A DNA stretch of 64,000 nt from an uncultured delta proteobacterium (lineage in GTDB: Bacteria; Desulfobacterota; Desulfobacteria; Desulfobacterales; B30-G6): assembly GCA_963823335.1 (NCBI GenBank), contig CAWGLD010000003.1, forward strand, positions 32,001-96,000, in the 5' to 3' direction. Of this stretch, positions 1 to 10,719 are shown one piece after another. How positions within the stretch are numbered: the stretch's first letter is position 1; every line of letters begins with the position of its first letter. The position numbers and the translations under genes were made by a program. The notes under the pieces were generated by a model, which saw nothing but the letters and a program-made list of their open reading frames with translations, did no database searches and was not told where the DNA came from.

Positions 1-315
1 CTGCAGGCCGTTGAGTGCGGCACGATCAGCAACAAACAGATTGAAGCTGCGCGTATTGCTATGACGCGACATGTCAAGAGGGGTGGAAAGCTCTGGATAC
101 GCATATTTCCCGACAAACCCTTTACAAAAAAACCGGCTGAAGTTCGTATGGGAAAAGGTAAAGGCGCTCCTGAAGGATGGGTTGCGGTTATCCGTCCTGG
201 AAGGGTTTTGTATGAGATGTCGGGGGTACCCAGAGATCTTGCTAAAGAAGCGCTTCGGCTTGCATCGCATAAACTTTCCGTTAAAACAAAGTTTGTGGAA
301 AGGAGCGTAATCTAA
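1..315 (+). CDS. rplP: 50S ribosomal protein L16 (5' truncated by window edge)
   Basis: Open frame from base 1; [28 protein letters not shown] and RMGKGKG motifs; precedes rpmC. Confidence 0.98.
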   Translation: MQAVECGTISNKQIEAARIAMTRHVKRGGKLWIRIFPDKPFTKKPAEVRMGKGKGAPEGWVAVIRPGRVLYEMSGVPRDLAKEALRLASHKLSVKTKFVERSVI

Positions 316-515
316 TGAAGTCCAAGGAAATAAGGGATCTCAGCTCCCAGGAACGGCAGCAGAAGCTGATAGACTTGAAAGAGGAACTGTTTAACCTTCG
401 CTTTCAACACGGCATTGGACAGATAGAGAACCCAACAAAGCTGAAGCTGACCAAATCTGATATCGCGCGCGTCATGACCATTATTCGTGAAACAGAAAAC
501 CAAAACCAGGAATAG
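315..515 (+). CDS. rpmC: 50S ribosomal protein L29
   Basis: ELFNLRFQ...IARVMT; S10 operon order. Confidence 0.97.
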   Translation: MKSKEIRDLSSQERQQKLIDLKEELFNLRFQHGIGQIENPTKLKLTKSDIARVMTIIRETENQNQE

Positions 516-530
516 GCAATAGAAGCTGTT

Positions 531-788
531 ATGAAAACACCAGGAATGAAAAGACAACAGGTTGGCACGATCGTAAGTGATAAAATGGATAAGACGGTAA
601 CCGTCCAGGTTGAAAGACTCGTGAAACACCGCCTTTACGGAAAATTCGTTCGCAGACGCAATAAGTTTTCTGCTCATGATGAGTCCAACGAATGCCGGGT
701 CGGCGACGAGGTGCTGATGACGGAATCAAGACCTTTGAGCAAGAACAAAAGATGGCGTATTGCTAAAATTGTTAAAAAAGCTGTTTGA
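531..788 (+). CDS. rpsQ: 30S ribosomal protein S17
   Basis: VSDKMDKTVTV, ESRPLSKNKRW. Confidence 0.98.
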   Translation: MKTPGMKRQQVGTIVSDKMDKTVTVQVERLVKHRLYGKFVRRRNKFSAHDESNECRVGDEVLMTESRPLSKNKRWRIAKIVKKAV

Positions 789-805
789 TATAAAGGAATA
801 GAAAC

Positions 806-1174
806 ATGATTCAGGCGGAAACAAAACTGACCGCAGCGGACAACTCAGGCGCCAGGGTTCTTTACTGTATTAAAGTTCTTGGTGGATCCAGAAGGCGGTA
901 TGCTAGTATTGGCGATATTATTGTCGTTTCGGTCAAGGAAGCCATCCCCAATGCAAAGGTCAAAAAGGGCGATGTTCTCAAGGCAGTTGTTGTCCGTACG
1001 AAAAAGGAAATCAGAAGACCGGACGGGTCTTTTATTCGATTTGATGATAACTCAGCGGTTTTGATTAACGCACAGAAAGAACCAATCGGTACACGTATAT
1101 TCGGTCCGGTTGCGAGAGAATTACGTGCCAAACGATTTATGAAAATCGTTTCTTTGGCACCTGAGGTTCTATAA
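806..1174 (+). CDS. rplN: 50S ribosomal protein L14
   Basis: [26 protein letters not shown]. Confidence 0.99.
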   Translation: MIQAETKLTAADNSGARVLYCIKVLGGSRRRYASIGDIIVVSVKEAIPNAKVKKGDVLKAVVVRTKKEIRRPDGSFIRFDDNSAVLINAQKEPIGTRIFGPVARELRAKRFMKIVSLAPEVL

Positions 1175-1200
1175 TCCGATCGGCCTGTGGAGACGAGGAT

Positions 1201-1530
1201 ATGTTAAGAGACAAGTGTCACATAAAAAAAGATGACAAGGTAAAAGTCATCACCGGTAAAGACAAAGGCAAAATTGGGAAAGTGTTGAAAGTCGATAGGA
1301 AGAAGGATCGAATCCTTGTCGAGAACATTAACGTCGTCAAGCGACATACCCGTCCAACCGCTAAAAACCGTCAGGGCGGTATCGTTGAAAGTGAAGCAAC
1401 TGTGCCGTGGTCGAATGTGATGCTGATGTGCAGCAAATGCCTCAGCCCGGTTCGTATCCAGATGCGACAACTGGATGATGGAAAAAAAGTACGTTCATGC
1501 AGAAAATGCAGTGAAATCATAGATGCATAA
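1201..1530 (+). CDS. rplX: 50S ribosomal protein L24
   Basis: KOW motif [15 protein letters not shown]; spc operon order. Confidence 0.97.
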   Translation: MLRDKCHIKKDDKVKVITGKDKGKIGKVLKVDRKKDRILVENINVVKRHTRPTAKNRQGGIVESEATVPWSNVMLMCSKCLSPVRIQMRQLDDGKKVRSCRKCSEIIDA

Positions 1531-1624
1531 CCCGGTATCCTATTCAGTTTCTGATTAAATCGCTATGGTGAACATTTCAGATGCTTGAACCAAACAGGGA
1601 GATCCAAGGTCGAGGAAAACTTAA

Positions 1625-2164
1625 ATGTCACAGATGAAAGAATATTACGAAAAAGAAGTTGTGCCGGCCCTGCTCGACACCTTTAAATACAGCAATATCA
1701 TGCAGGTACCCAAGCTGGAAAAAGTGGTCCTGAACATTGGAATGGGAGAGGCGATTCAAAATATCAAAGTCCTCGATTCCGCTGTAGAAGAACTCACAGC
1801 AGTCGCCGGTCAGCGACCGGTTATAACACGGGCAAAAAAATCGATTGCTGCCTTTAAGCTTAGAACCGGTATGCCGATTGGCTGTATGGTGACCCTCCGC
1901 AAACAACGCATGTTTGATTTCCTGAACAAACTTGTCAATATCGCATTGCCACGTGTCCGTGATTTCAGAGGCGTTTCGGGGAAAGCCATGGATGGCCGGG
2001 GCAATTATTCCCTGGGTATCAAGGAACAGATCATATTCCCTGAAATCGATTACGACAAGATCGACAAAATCAAGGGGATGAACATCACCATCGTTACAAC
2101 AGCAAAAACAGATAAAGAAGGGAAAGAGCTTCTCAAAAAGCTCGGCATGCCTTTTAAAAATTAG
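1625..2164 (+). CDS. rplE: 50S ribosomal protein L5
   Basis: [29 protein letters not shown]. Confidence 0.99.
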   Translation: MSQMKEYYEKEVVPALLDTFKYSNIMQVPKLEKVVLNIGMGEAIQNIKVLDSAVEELTAVAGQRPVITRAKKSIAAFKLRTGMPIGCMVTLRKQRMFDFLNKLVNIALPRVRDFRGVSGKAMDGRGNYSLGIKEQIIFPEIDYDKIDKIKGMNITIVTTAKTDKEGKELLKKLGMPFKN

Positions 2165-2221
2165 GCCTTGACTGATTCGGTTCAAAACCCGGATCAAAAG
2201 TGAATGACGAGGGAGGACGAT

Positions 2222-2407
2222 TTGGCAAAAACAGCGCTAAGAAATAAAGCAGCCGCAAAACCGAAGTTCAAGGTAAGGGCGTATAACAGATGCCCTATTT
2301 GTGGCAGACCCCGAGCTTTTCTTCGGAAATTTGGTGTCTGCAGAATCTGTTTTCGTGACTTTGCATCACAGGGAAAACTTCCAGGTGTTGTTAAGTCGAG
2401 CTGGTAA
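2222..2407 (+). CDS. rpsN: 30S ribosomal protein S14, short Zn-binding type (61 aa)
   Basis: TTG start after GGAGG; CPICGR...CRICFR four-Cys motif; ends GVVKSSW. Confidence 0.96.
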   Translation: MAKTALRNKAAAKPKFKVRAYNRCPICGRPRAFLRKFGVCRICFRDFASQGKLPGVVKSSW

Positions 2408-2492
2408 ATAGAACGGTTTCGGTGGTGGACATCGGAATCTTCGGTTTCAATGAGCACGCAGCTTGATGGGTTAAAAGAGATAGGAGAAGACA

Positions 2493-2891
2493 ATGGCGAT
2501 GAGCGATCCAATTGCCGACATGCTGACCAGGGTCCGGAATGCCGGCAAGGCAAAGTTCAACAGTGTGGACATACCTGGTTCCAAGATGAAATTCGAATTG
2601 GCAAAATTACTGAAAGACGAAGGCTATATCCGCAACTATAAATTCATTAAGGACAACAAGCAGGGTATCCTGCGGATATACTTGAAATATGACGACAAAC
2701 AGGCACACTCGATTCTTCGCATAGACCGTGTCAGTAAACCGAGTAAAAGAGTCTACATGAAGGGCAAGGACATCAAGCCGGTTTACAATGGACTGGGAAT
2801 TGCCGTTTTATCGACGTCCAAAGGGATTATGACGGATAAACATGCCAGAGAGAATAATATTGGCGGAGAGATTATCTGCAATGTCTGGTAA
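2493..2891 (+). CDS. rpsH: 30S ribosomal protein S8
   Basis: DPIADMLTRVRNA, STSKGIMTD, GGEIICNVW. Confidence 0.99.
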   Translation: MAMSDPIADMLTRVRNAGKAKFNSVDIPGSKMKFELAKLLKDEGYIRNYKFIKDNKQGILRIYLKYDDKQAHSILRIDRVSKPSKRVYMKGKDIKPVYNGLGIAVLSTSKGIMTDKHARENNIGGEIICNVW

Positions 2892-2971
2892 TCGTTGTTA
2901 TGATAAAAGAGTTCTATCCAAGGACGTTAACGAAGTCTCATAAAATGTTAGGTGACAGTGGAGGTTAACCC

Positions 2972-3511
2972 ATGTCTCGAGTTGGGAAAAAACCGATTCC
3001 GGTTCCAGATAAAGCAAAAATCAGTTACAAGGACAAAGTGCTGACCGTTCAGAGTGACAAGGGAAGCCTTACAAGACAAATCCATCAGGCCATTGACCTG
3101 GAGATTACCGACAGTGTCATTCATGTCACGATGCTCAATGAAAGCAGAGAGAATAGGGCATTACAGGGTTTGACCAGAAGCCTTGTGGCCAACATGGTGA
3201 CGGGAGTCAGCACTGGTTTCGAGAGAGTTCTTGAAATCAATGGCATCGGCTACCGAGCCGAGCTGAAGGGAAAAAGCATTGTTTTTAATCTTGGATATTC
3301 AAATCCGATAACGTTTGATCTGCCCGATGGCGTATCAGCCACATCGGAAAAGAACAACATCGTCAAGCTTTCTGCCATTGACAAGGAACTCTTAGGACGA
3401 ACCGCTGCCTCAATCCGGCAGTTGAGACCACCCGAACCTTACAAGGGCAAGGGTATCAAGTATGCAGAAGAGTATGTTCAGCGAAAAGCTGGGAAAACCG
3501 GAACCAAATAA
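2972..3511 (+). CDS. rplF: 50S ribosomal protein L6
   Basis: MSRVGKKPI, RPPEPYKGKGIKY. Confidence 0.99.
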   Translation: MSRVGKKPIPVPDKAKISYKDKVLTVQSDKGSLTRQIHQAIDLEITDSVIHVTMLNESRENRALQGLTRSLVANMVTGVSTGFERVLEINGIGYRAELKGKSIVFNLGYSNPITFDLPDGVSATSEKNNIVKLSAIDKELLGRTAASIRQLRPPEPYKGKGIKYAEEYVQRKAGKTGTK

Positions 3512-3535
3512 CAAAAAATGACTTAGGATGATAAA

Positions 3536-3904
3536 ATGGGCGCAACAAATCCAAGCAAATTATCATGGTTGAAAAGAAAAAAGCGGATCCGAAAACATCT
3601 GAGCGGTACGGATCAGATGCCGCGTATGAGTGTATTCCGAAGCTCCAAACATATTTATGCGCAGCTGATTGATGATGTCAGTGGATGTACGCTGGTGGCT
3701 GCGAGCAGTATGGAAAAAGTGGTCAAGGATCAGCCAAAATTTGAAAGCAAGATTGCAGTGGCAGAACATATCGGCAAGGTTCTGGGAGAGAGAGCGATCC
3801 AGAAAGGCGTAAAAAAGGTCGTATTTGACCGGAACGGATTTAAATATCACGGCCGCGTAAAAGCTGTTTCAAAAGGTGCCAGAGATGCAGGGCTGGTTTT
3901 CTAA
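3536..3904 (+). CDS. rplR: 50S ribosomal protein L18
   Basis: PRMSVFRSSKHIYAQ, FDRNGFKYHGRV. Confidence 0.98.
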   Translation: MGATNPSKLSWLKRKKRIRKHLSGTDQMPRMSVFRSSKHIYAQLIDDVSGCTLVAASSMEKVVKDQPKFESKIAVAEHIGKVLGERAIQKGVKKVVFDRNGFKYHGRVKAVSKGARDAGLVF

Positions 3905-3935
3905 AGAAGCCATTTCAAGGTAAGGAGGCGAACTC

Positions 3936-4430
3936 TTGTTCAGACAAGATAAGGAAGAAAACGAATTAATTGACAAGGTTGTTCATATCAACCGTGTAGC
4001 CAAGGTTGTCAAGGGCGGACGTAGGTTCAGTTTCAGTGCCATTGTCGTTGTTGGCGATGGTGATGGACATGTCGGGTATGGCCTTGGAAAGGCCGGGGAA
4101 GTTCCTGAAGCCATACGGAAAGGTGTCGAAAAGGCCAAAAAGAATATGTCCCAGGTGGCGCTGATTGAAGGAACAATTCCTTTTCGGGTTGTGGGAAGGT
4201 ACGGTGCCGGCAGGGTTCTGTTAGCTCCCGCGTCCAAAGGTACCGGTGTTATCGCGGGCGGTGCGGTTCGGGCTGTTCTGGAGGCCGCCGGCGTGCAGAA
4301 TATTCTTACCAAGTGTCTGGGCTCTCACAATCCCCACAATATTGTCAAAGCGACAATCGAGGGACTTCAACAGCTCCAAACCCGTGAGCAGGTAGCTGCC
4401 AGGCGGGGAATTTCTGTGCAAGATTTATAA
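3936..4430 (+). CDS. rpsE: 30S ribosomal protein S5
   Basis: TTG start after [22 protein letters not shown]. Confidence 0.98.
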   Translation: MFRQDKEENELIDKVVHINRVAKVVKGGRRFSFSAIVVVGDGDGHVGYGLGKAGEVPEAIRKGVEKAKKNMSQVALIEGTIPFRVVGRYGAGRVLLAPASKGTGVIAGGAVRAVLEAAGVQNILTKCLGSHNPHNIVKATIEGLQQLQTREQVAARRGISVQDL

Positions 4431-4445
4431 ATCGAGGAATAATTC

Positions 4446-4643
4446 ATGGTTGAGAAATTGAATATAACGCTGGTTAAAAGCATGATAGGCAGACCCGAAA
4501 AACACCGCAAGGTGTTGAAGGGGATGGGGCTCAGAAAAATGCACAAAACGGTTCAGCTTGAGGACACACCCTCCATTCGAGGAATGATCAATGCGGTTTC
4601 ACATTTAGTCAAGGTTGAGGAGAACAGCGATGAGATTAAATGA
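4446..4643 (+). CDS. rpmD: 50S ribosomal protein L30
   Basis: ITLVKSMIG...[12 protein letters not shown]; lies between rpsE and rplO. Confidence 0.95.
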   Translation: MVEKLNITLVKSMIGRPEKHRKVLKGMGLRKMHKTVQLEDTPSIRGMINAVSHLVKVEENSDEIK

Positions 4644-5070
4644 ACTCTCTCCGGCAGCCGGATCGAAAAAATCCAAGAATAGAAAAGGCCGGGGTGTAGG
4701 ATCCGGAAACGGAAAGACTGCTGGACGAGGCTCAAAAGGACTTAACAGTCGTTCAGGTGGTGGTGTCAGGCCCGGATACGAAGGTGGCCAGATGCCGATT
4801 CACAGAAGGCTTCCCAAACGCGGATTCACCAATATTTTCAGCAAGAAAATCGTAACGATAAACATTCGGGATCTAAAACGGTTTGAAAGCGGCAGTGTGG
4901 TGGATGAAACTGTTCTGGTAGGTTGCGGCCTCGTGAAGGGTGCGCGGGACGGTATAAAACTTCTGGGCCACGGAGACATCGATTATCCGTTGACCGTCAA
5001 GGTGAACACCGTAAGTAGAAATGCAAAACAGAAAATCGAAGCTGCGGGCGGAAACGTAGAGGTTGTATAA
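4630..5070 (+). CDS. rplO: 50S ribosomal protein L15
   Basis: [34 protein letters not shown] at 4630 after GAGGAG. Confidence 0.97.
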   Translation: MRLNELSPAAGSKKSKNRKGRGVGSGNGKTAGRGSKGLNSRSGGGVRPGYEGGQMPIHRRLPKRGFTNIFSKKIVTINIRDLKRFESGSVVDETVLVGCGLVKGARDGIKLLGHGDIDYPLTVKVNTVSRNAKQKIEAAGGNVEVV

Positions 5071-6380
5071 TGATAGGTAGCGGATTCCAGAACATATTCA
5101 AAATCCCAGAGCTTAAAAAGCGTATCTTCTATACACTGGCGCTTCTAACGGTTTACCGGATTGGTGTGCATGTACCTACACCCGGGATTGATACCGTTGC
5201 GCTGGCCTCCTTTTTTGCCAAAGCTCAAGGAACCCTCCTTGGTTTGTTTGACATGTTTTCCGGCGGGGCTCTGGAGCGGTTATCTGTTTTTGCTCTGGGT
5301 ATTATGCCGTACATCAGCGCATCCATTATTTTACAACTTCTGACCGTCGTGGTTCCGCATCTTGAGCGTCTTTCCAAGGAAGGTGAACAAGGACGCAAAA
5401 AAATCACGCAGTACACGCGTTACGGAACGGTTGTCTTGAGTATCATTCAGGGGTTCGGTATCAGTGTGGGACTAGAAAGCATGGCCTCTCCGGGCGGGGC
5501 ACAGGTTGTCATAGATCCGGGGTGGAGTTTTCGGCTTATGACGGTCATTACCCTGACTTCTGGAACCGCCTTTATTATGTGGCTGGGTGAACAGATCACT
5601 GAACGCGGTATTGGTAACGGTATTTCGCTTATTATCTTTGCCGGTATTGTTGCCAGAATGCCTACCGCCATTGCCAATACCTTCCGGCTGATATCAACCG
5701 GTGAAATGGGGATTTTCGCGGTCCTGCTGATCGTTGTTTTGATGATCGCGGTTGTCGGCTTCATCATTTTTGTTGAACAGGGGCAACGCCGGATTCCGGT
5801 ACAGTACGCAAAGCGGGTCGTGGGTCGCCGGATGTATGGTGGACAGAGTACGCATCTACCGCTCAAGATCAATACAGCCGGGGTCATACCGGCCATTTTT
5901 GCCTCATCCATCATCATGTTTCCAGCGACCATAGCCAGCTTTATCGCCATTCCATGGGTAAAGAGCATTGCGAACTCCATGCAACCCGGGAATTGGTTAT
6001 ACCAACTGCTTTTTGTCGGTTTTATCTTTTTCTTCTGCTATTTTTATACAGCGGTCACATTCAACCCGGTGGATGTCGCGGATAACATGAAAAAACAGGG
6101 CGGCTATATTCCTGGTATCCGACCTGGAAAACGTACTGCAGATTATATCGATAGAGTTCTTACCCGCATTACCTTGGGGGGTGCGATTTACGTGTCGGCG
6201 GTGTGTGTGTTGCCTTCCATACTGATTTCCAAGTTCAATGTGCCTTTTTATTTTGGTGGAACGGCGCTCCTGATTGTTGTCGGCGTGGCTATCGATACCA
6301 TATCGCAAATCGAGTCTCATATGCTTACGCGCCACTATGAAGGTTTCTTAAAAAAGGGCGGTATCAAAGGCAGGCGATAG
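5070..6380 (+). CDS. secY: Preprotein translocase subunit SecY
   Basis: [36 protein letters not shown]; many TM segments. Confidence 0.99.
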   Translation: MIGSGFQNIFKIPELKKRIFYTLALLTVYRIGVHVPTPGIDTVALASFFAKAQGTLLGLFDMFSGGALERLSVFALGIMPYISASIILQLLTVVVPHLERLSKEGEQGRKKITQYTRYGTVVLSIIQGFGISVGLESMASPGGAQVVIDPGWSFRLMTVITLTSGTAFIMWLGEQITERGIGNGISLIIFAGIVARMPTAIANTFRLISTGEMGIFAVLLIVVLMIAVVGFIIFVEQGQRRIPVQYAKRVVGRRMYGGQSTHLPLKINTAGVIPAIFASSIIMFPATIASFIAIPWVKSIANSMQPGNWLYQLLFVGFIFFFCYFYTAVTFNPVDVADNMKKQGGYIPGIRPGKRTADYIDRVLTRITLGGAIYVSAVCVLPSILISKFNVPFYFGGTALLIVVGVAIDTISQIESHMLTRHYEGFLKKGGIKGRR

Positions 6381-6417
6381 AAAGACCCATCAGTCAATGA
6401 AAAAAGGATGAAATAAA

Positions 6418-6636
6418 ATGCCGAAGGAAGAGGCAATCAAAGTTGAGGGCGTTGTGCTTGAGACCTTGCCGAATGCGATGTTCAAGGTCGAACTTGAAAA
6501 CAAACACCAGGTTCTGGCCCATATTTCAGGAAAGATGCGCATGCATTTCATTAAGATTCTGCCCGGTGACACGGTGACGGTGGAACTTTCACCTTACGAC
6601 CTGACACGGGGTAGAATTACATATCGGTCCAAGTGA
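6418..6636 (+). CDS. infA: Translation initiation factor IF-1
   Basis: [30 protein letters not shown]. Confidence 0.99.
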   Translation: MPKEEAIKVEGVVLETLPNAMFKVELENKHQVLAHISGKMRMHFIKILPGDTVTVELSPYDLTRGRITYRSK

Positions 6637-6723
6637 TGGGCTTGACTGCGGATGGAACAATTTAACAGCAACGCGACAATAATCCGCATGGGTTATATTG
6701 AAAGAGAATAAGGAGATGCACAC

Positions 6724-6837
6724 ATGAAAGTCAGGGCATCGGTAAAAAAGATGTGCAATAATTGCAAAATCATTCGTCGGAAAGGTGTCGTGCGCGTTAT
6801 TTGTACGAACAAACGGCATAAACAGAGGCAAGGATAG
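6724..6837 (+). CDS. rpmJ: 50S ribosomal protein L36, Zn-binding type (37 aa; absent from ORF track)
   Basis: Hand translation [43 protein letters not shown] upstream. Confidence 0.98.
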   Translation: MKVRASVKKMCNNCKIIRRKGVVRVICTNKRHKQRQG

Positions 6838-6850
6838 AGGAGGATAGGCT

Positions 6851-7234
6851 TTGGCACGAATTGCTGGCGTAGATTTACCTAGAGGTAAACGTATAGAAAT
6901 TGGCCTTACATATATTTATGGCATAGGCAGGACCACATCGAGCAGGATCTTATCCCAGCTGAACATTAGTCCGGATACTAAAACCGATAGTCTGTCAGAA
7001 TCTGAAATAAATAGTATTCGAAAGGTCATAGACAATGAGCTTAAGGTAGAAGGAACACTGCGAACCGAAGTTTCCATGAATATAAAACGACTCATGGATC
7101 TGGGTTGTTACCGTGGCCTCCGCCATAGGAAATCATTGCCGGTTCACGGACAGCGGACTAGTACGAATGCGAGGACACGTAAGGGGCCTAAACGCTCTGC
7201 TGTCAAGAAAAAAGGTGGCGTCAAGAAAAGTTAA
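6851..7234 (+). CDS. rpsM: 30S ribosomal protein S13
   Basis: TTG start; [22 protein letters not shown]. Confidence 0.99.
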   Translation: MARIAGVDLPRGKRIEIGLTYIYGIGRTTSSRILSQLNISPDTKTDSLSESEINSIRKVIDNELKVEGTLRTEVSMNIKRLMDLGCYRGLRHRKSLPVHGQRTSTNARTRKGPKRSAVKKKGGVKKS

Positions 7235-7271
7235 TAACACGCAACAAATAGAATAAACAGGGAAAATATAT

Positions 7272-7658
7272 ATGCCGAGAAAAACCCGAACAAAAAAGAA
7301 AGAGAAGAAAAATATCTCCAGCGGTGTTGTTCATATTCAGTCGACATTCAACAACACCATCGTAACAATCACGGATCAGGGCGGTAACGTGGTTGCCTGG
7401 TCAAGTGCCGGAGTTCATGGTTTCAAGGGATCTCGGAAGAGTACGCCTTTTGCCGCACAACTTACAGCTGAAGATGCCGCGAAAAAAGCCATGGAGCATG
7501 GCATGCGAAGCGTTGAAGTTTATGTAAAAGGACCTGGTGCAGGCCGGGAGTCGGCATTGCGATCACTTCAGGCTGCAGGATTTAATATTCTTTTAATAAA
7601 AGATGTGACGCCGATCCCCCACAATGGATGTCGTCCACCTAAAAGACGCCGGGTTTAA
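7272..7658 (+). CDS. rpsK: 30S ribosomal protein S11
   Basis: [32 protein letters not shown]. Confidence 0.99.
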   Translation: MPRKTRTKKKEKKNISSGVVHIQSTFNNTIVTITDQGGNVVAWSSAGVHGFKGSRKSTPFAAQLTAEDAAKKAMEHGMRSVEVYVKGPGAGRESALRSLQAAGFNILLIKDVTPIPHNGCRPPKRRRV

Positions 7659-7765
7659 AAATAGATATCTGTGTATACAGATATCATAAGTACGGTCTAA
7701 TAATTTGAACCATTTTGAAAAAATCAAAACTGGTTCGATTTAGCCAAATAATAAAGGAGGATGAT

Positions 7766-8395
7766 TTGGCACGATATTGCGGAGCAGTCTGCAGGATATG
7801 CAGACGAGAAAACTTGAAATTGTTTCTTAAGGGTGACCGCTGTTACTCAGATAAATGTGCCTTTGACCGAAGGGGGTACGCCCCTGGTGAGCATGGTCAG
7901 CGGCGGAGAGGCAAAACATCAGACTATGGTATCCAGCTGCGTGAAAAACAGAAAGTGAAACGTATGTACGGTCTTTCCGAAAAACAGTTTCACTTATTTT
8001 TCGGCAGAGCCGATCATCAGAAAGGTATCACAGGTACCAATCTGCTCGTTTCACTCGAGCGCAGATTCGATAATGTTGTTTACCGTCTGGGGCTGGTGAA
8101 TTCAAGAACACAGGGTCGCCATTTTGTTCGTCACAACCATTTCCTCGTGAATGGGAAAAAGGTTAACATTCCTTCATATTTGCTGAATGTTGGCGATGTT
8201 ATTGAAGTCAGGGAAAAGAGTAAAAACATTCAAGCGATTAATGATTCCATGGATGCGGTTGTCCGGAGAGGACTTCCCCAGTGGCTCGATCTGGAAAAAG
8301 AAAATCTTAAAGGAACGATAAAAGGATTTCCTGTTCGGGAAGACATTACCATGCCCATACAGGAACAGCTTATCGTAGAGCTCTACTCCAAATAA
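7766..8395 (+). CDS. rpsD: 30S ribosomal protein S4
   Basis: TTG start at 7766 after [39 protein letters not shown]. Confidence 0.97.
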   Translation: MARYCGAVCRICRRENLKLFLKGDRCYSDKCAFDRRGYAPGEHGQRRRGKTSDYGIQLREKQKVKRMYGLSEKQFHLFFGRADHQKGITGTNLLVSLERRFDNVVYRLGLVNSRTQGRHFVRHNHFLVNGKKVNIPSYLLNVGDVIEVREKSKNIQAINDSMDAVVRRGLPQWLDLEKENLKGTIKGFPVREDITMPIQEQLIVELYSK

Positions 8396-8630
8396 GATCG
8401 CAGAAACGATTTTATAAAACGCGATATTATCGCAAATCGGCGAAAGGCTAAAATTCTGTTCATGCAATTCCCCTGAATCTATAAAAGTGGAATTGCGGCG
8501 TGTTTCCTTCGGTCTTAAAGGCCGAAGTATCACACTTTTATTCTGATAAGGTTCTTAATTTAATTTGGTTTTAGCCGGCACTGGAAGCAGCGGGGTAACA
8601 ATCGAATTTCAAGATAATCTGGAGAAAAAA

Positions 8631-9650
8631 ATGACTTCAAGTGACATTATGTTCATGAACTGGCAGGCGATGATAAAGCCTAAAAAGGTTGAGGTAAACA
8701 GTACACCTTCCTACGGTAAGTTTGTCTGTGAGCCTCTGGAAAGGGGATTCGGAATAACCATCGGCAACTCATTGAGACGAATCATTCTTTCATCCCTTCA
8801 TGGCGCCGCCATTGTATCGGTAAAATTCGAATCCGTCATGCACGAGTTTACGACCATTCCAGGCGTTCTTGAGGATATTACTGAAATCATTTTGAATCTA
8901 AAGGAAGTGCGCTTGAAAATGGCCGGAACGAAGCCCAGGACCATCTCCATCGATGCCAAGGGCAAGGGAACGGTGACGGCCGGCGATATCACCAGCGACG
9001 ACGGCAAGGTCGAAGTTCTCAATGTGGATCATCACATTGCAACTTTGTCTGAAAAGAGCGAGTTGAAGATGACCATGACGGTTAACATTGGCAAAGGATA
9101 TTCCCTGGCTGAATCAAATAAGGATGAGGAAGCACCTGTTGGAACCATCCCTATCGATGCAGTGTTCTCACCGGTCAAACGTGTCAATTACGTTGTTGGC
9201 AATGCACGGGTAGGCCAACGAACTGATTATGATAAACTAACCCTGGAAGTCTGGACAGACGGCAGCGTCATCCCGGAAGATGCTGTGGCTTATGCTGCAA
9301 AAATATTCAAGGAGCAGATGGCGATTTTCATCAATTTCGATGAGGATCTTGAGCCGGATCCGGACGAGTTGTCAGAAGAGCAGCAGAAACCCAAGTTCAA
9401 CGAAAATCTCTATCGTAGCGTCGAAGAGCTTGAACTGTCCGTACGCAGTGCCAATTGTTTGAAAAATGCGGAGATATTGAAACTTTACCAGCTTGTGCAG
9501 AAATCTGAAGCTGAAATGCTGAAAACGAAGAATTTTGGCAGAAAGTCCTTGAATGAAATAAAAGAAGTGTTGACCGAGATGGGGCTTTCCTTGGGAACGA
9601 AGCTGGAAGGGTTTGTTCCTCCTGCGGAAGATGAAGAGGAAGGAGATTAA
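8631..9650 (+). CDS. rpoA: DNA-directed RNA polymerase subunit alpha
   Basis: [41 protein letters not shown] at 8631 after GGAG. Confidence 0.98.
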   Translation: MTSSDIMFMNWQAMIKPKKVEVNSTPSYGKFVCEPLERGFGITIGNSLRRIILSSLHGAAIVSVKFESVMHEFTTIPGVLEDITEIILNLKEVRLKMAGTKPRTISIDAKGKGTVTAGDITSDDGKVEVLNVDHHIATLSEKSELKMTMTVNIGKGYSLAESNKDEEAPVGTIPIDAVFSPVKRVNYVVGNARVGQRTDYDKLTLEVWTDGSVIPEDAVAYAAKIFKEQMAIFINFDEDLEPDPDELSEEQQKPKFNENLYRSVEELELSVRSANCLKNAEILKLYQLVQKSEAEMLKTKNFGRKSLNEIKEVLTEMGLSLGTKLEGFVPPAEDEEEGD

Positions 9651-9658
9651 ACAGTAAA

Positions 9659-10333
9659 ATGAGACATCGAAAATCAGGCGTAAAGCTTAATATGACGAGC
9701 AGTCACAAGAATGCAATGTTTCGAAACATGGTGACCTCCTTGTTCAAATATGATCGTATTCAAACCACAGATACCAAGGCAAAGGAACTGCGGCGCTGGG
9801 CTGATCATATCATCACATTGGCCAAGAGGGGTGATCTGCATGCCCGAAGACAAGCCATGTCCATCGTGCGTGAAAAGGATGTTGTCCACAAGGTTTTTGA
9901 AGAGGCGCCCAAGCGTTTTGCATCTGTTTCCGGTGGATACACGCGTATCATCAAGATCGGGAGACGGCCCGGTGACGCTGCTCCGGTTTCTCTGATCGAG
10001 CTGGTTTCACCAGAGCCCCCGAAAAAGAAAACCGCCAAAAAAACAAAAACAACGACACCCAAGAAGACAGCTCCCAAGAAGAAGGCTGAAAAGAAACCAG
10101 AAGACCCCAAAACTGAAGCAGATACACCCGACGCCACAAAGGTAACGGCCGACTCTGTTGAGGAAGCGCAGGTGTCTTCCAAGACTGCCGCACAAGAAAC
10201 CACGGCAGACCAGCCCAAGGAAACCGCTGGAGTGCGGTGCAGAAAAAAGCAGCCCCGGCAAAGACTGAATCTGAAGCCAACGGCTCCGGCCGGTGGAGAT
10301 AAGAAGACTGAGGACGCCGAGAAAAAAGAATAA
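9659..10333 (+). CDS. rplQ: 50S ribosomal protein L17 with long low-complexity C-terminal extension
   Basis: MRHRK, GGYTRIIK, RRPGDAA; about 105 extra K/A/E/T/P-rich residues. Confidence 0.95.
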   Translation: MRHRKSGVKLNMTSSHKNAMFRNMVTSLFKYDRIQTTDTKAKELRRWADHIITLAKRGDLHARRQAMSIVREKDVVHKVFEEAPKRFASVSGGYTRIIKIGRRPGDAAPVSLIELVSPEPPKKKTAKKTKTTTPKKTAPKKKAEKKPEDPKTEADTPDATKVTADSVEEAQVSSKTAAQETTADQPKETAGVRCRKKQPRQRLNLKPTAPAGGDKKTEDAEKKE

Positions 10334-10356
10334 GTCAAGCAAGCAAAATAGATGCT

Positions 10357-10390
10357 AAAAAGGCCCTGATGTCATGTCAGGGCCTTTTTT
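10357..10390 (+). terminator. Intrinsic terminator of the alpha operon
   Basis: AAAAAGGCCCTGA-tgtcatg-TCAGGGCCTTTTTT just after rplQ. Confidence 0.9.
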
Positions 10391-10616
10391 ATTTGCCGGG
10401 TTAAAATTCAAAAAAGAACTCAGACAGTTTCAGCGTCGCTCAGTGATCACCCATCGGCCTTGGAACGTTAGCTTTGTTTGGTTTAAAGGGTCTTAAAATT
10501 ATGGTTCTTTCGTCTCAGGATGTCAATCAATAATGAACCCGGCTGACAGGCAGACGAATCTTGCGAAATCAGGACGGGAGCATGGTATTTCATATAAACA
10601 TGCAACGATTTTATTC

Positions 10617-10645
10617 TTGACTATTCGTCCTTGTAGCTGTAATTT
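10617..10645 (+). promoter_or_regulatory. Putative sigma70 promoter of dctP
   Basis: TTGACT-17nt-TAATTT about 75 nt upstream of the start. Confidence 0.4.
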
Positions 10646-10719
10646 AGCTTCAAATCCGCTTTGGCAAATGAATGAAGTTTAGTTCACAAGATGACCCGTA
10701 CTGGAAAAAGGAGGCACAG

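Noticed and set aside
9805-10342. Long antisense ORFs over rplQ
   Set aside because: Shadows of a low-complexity coding tail
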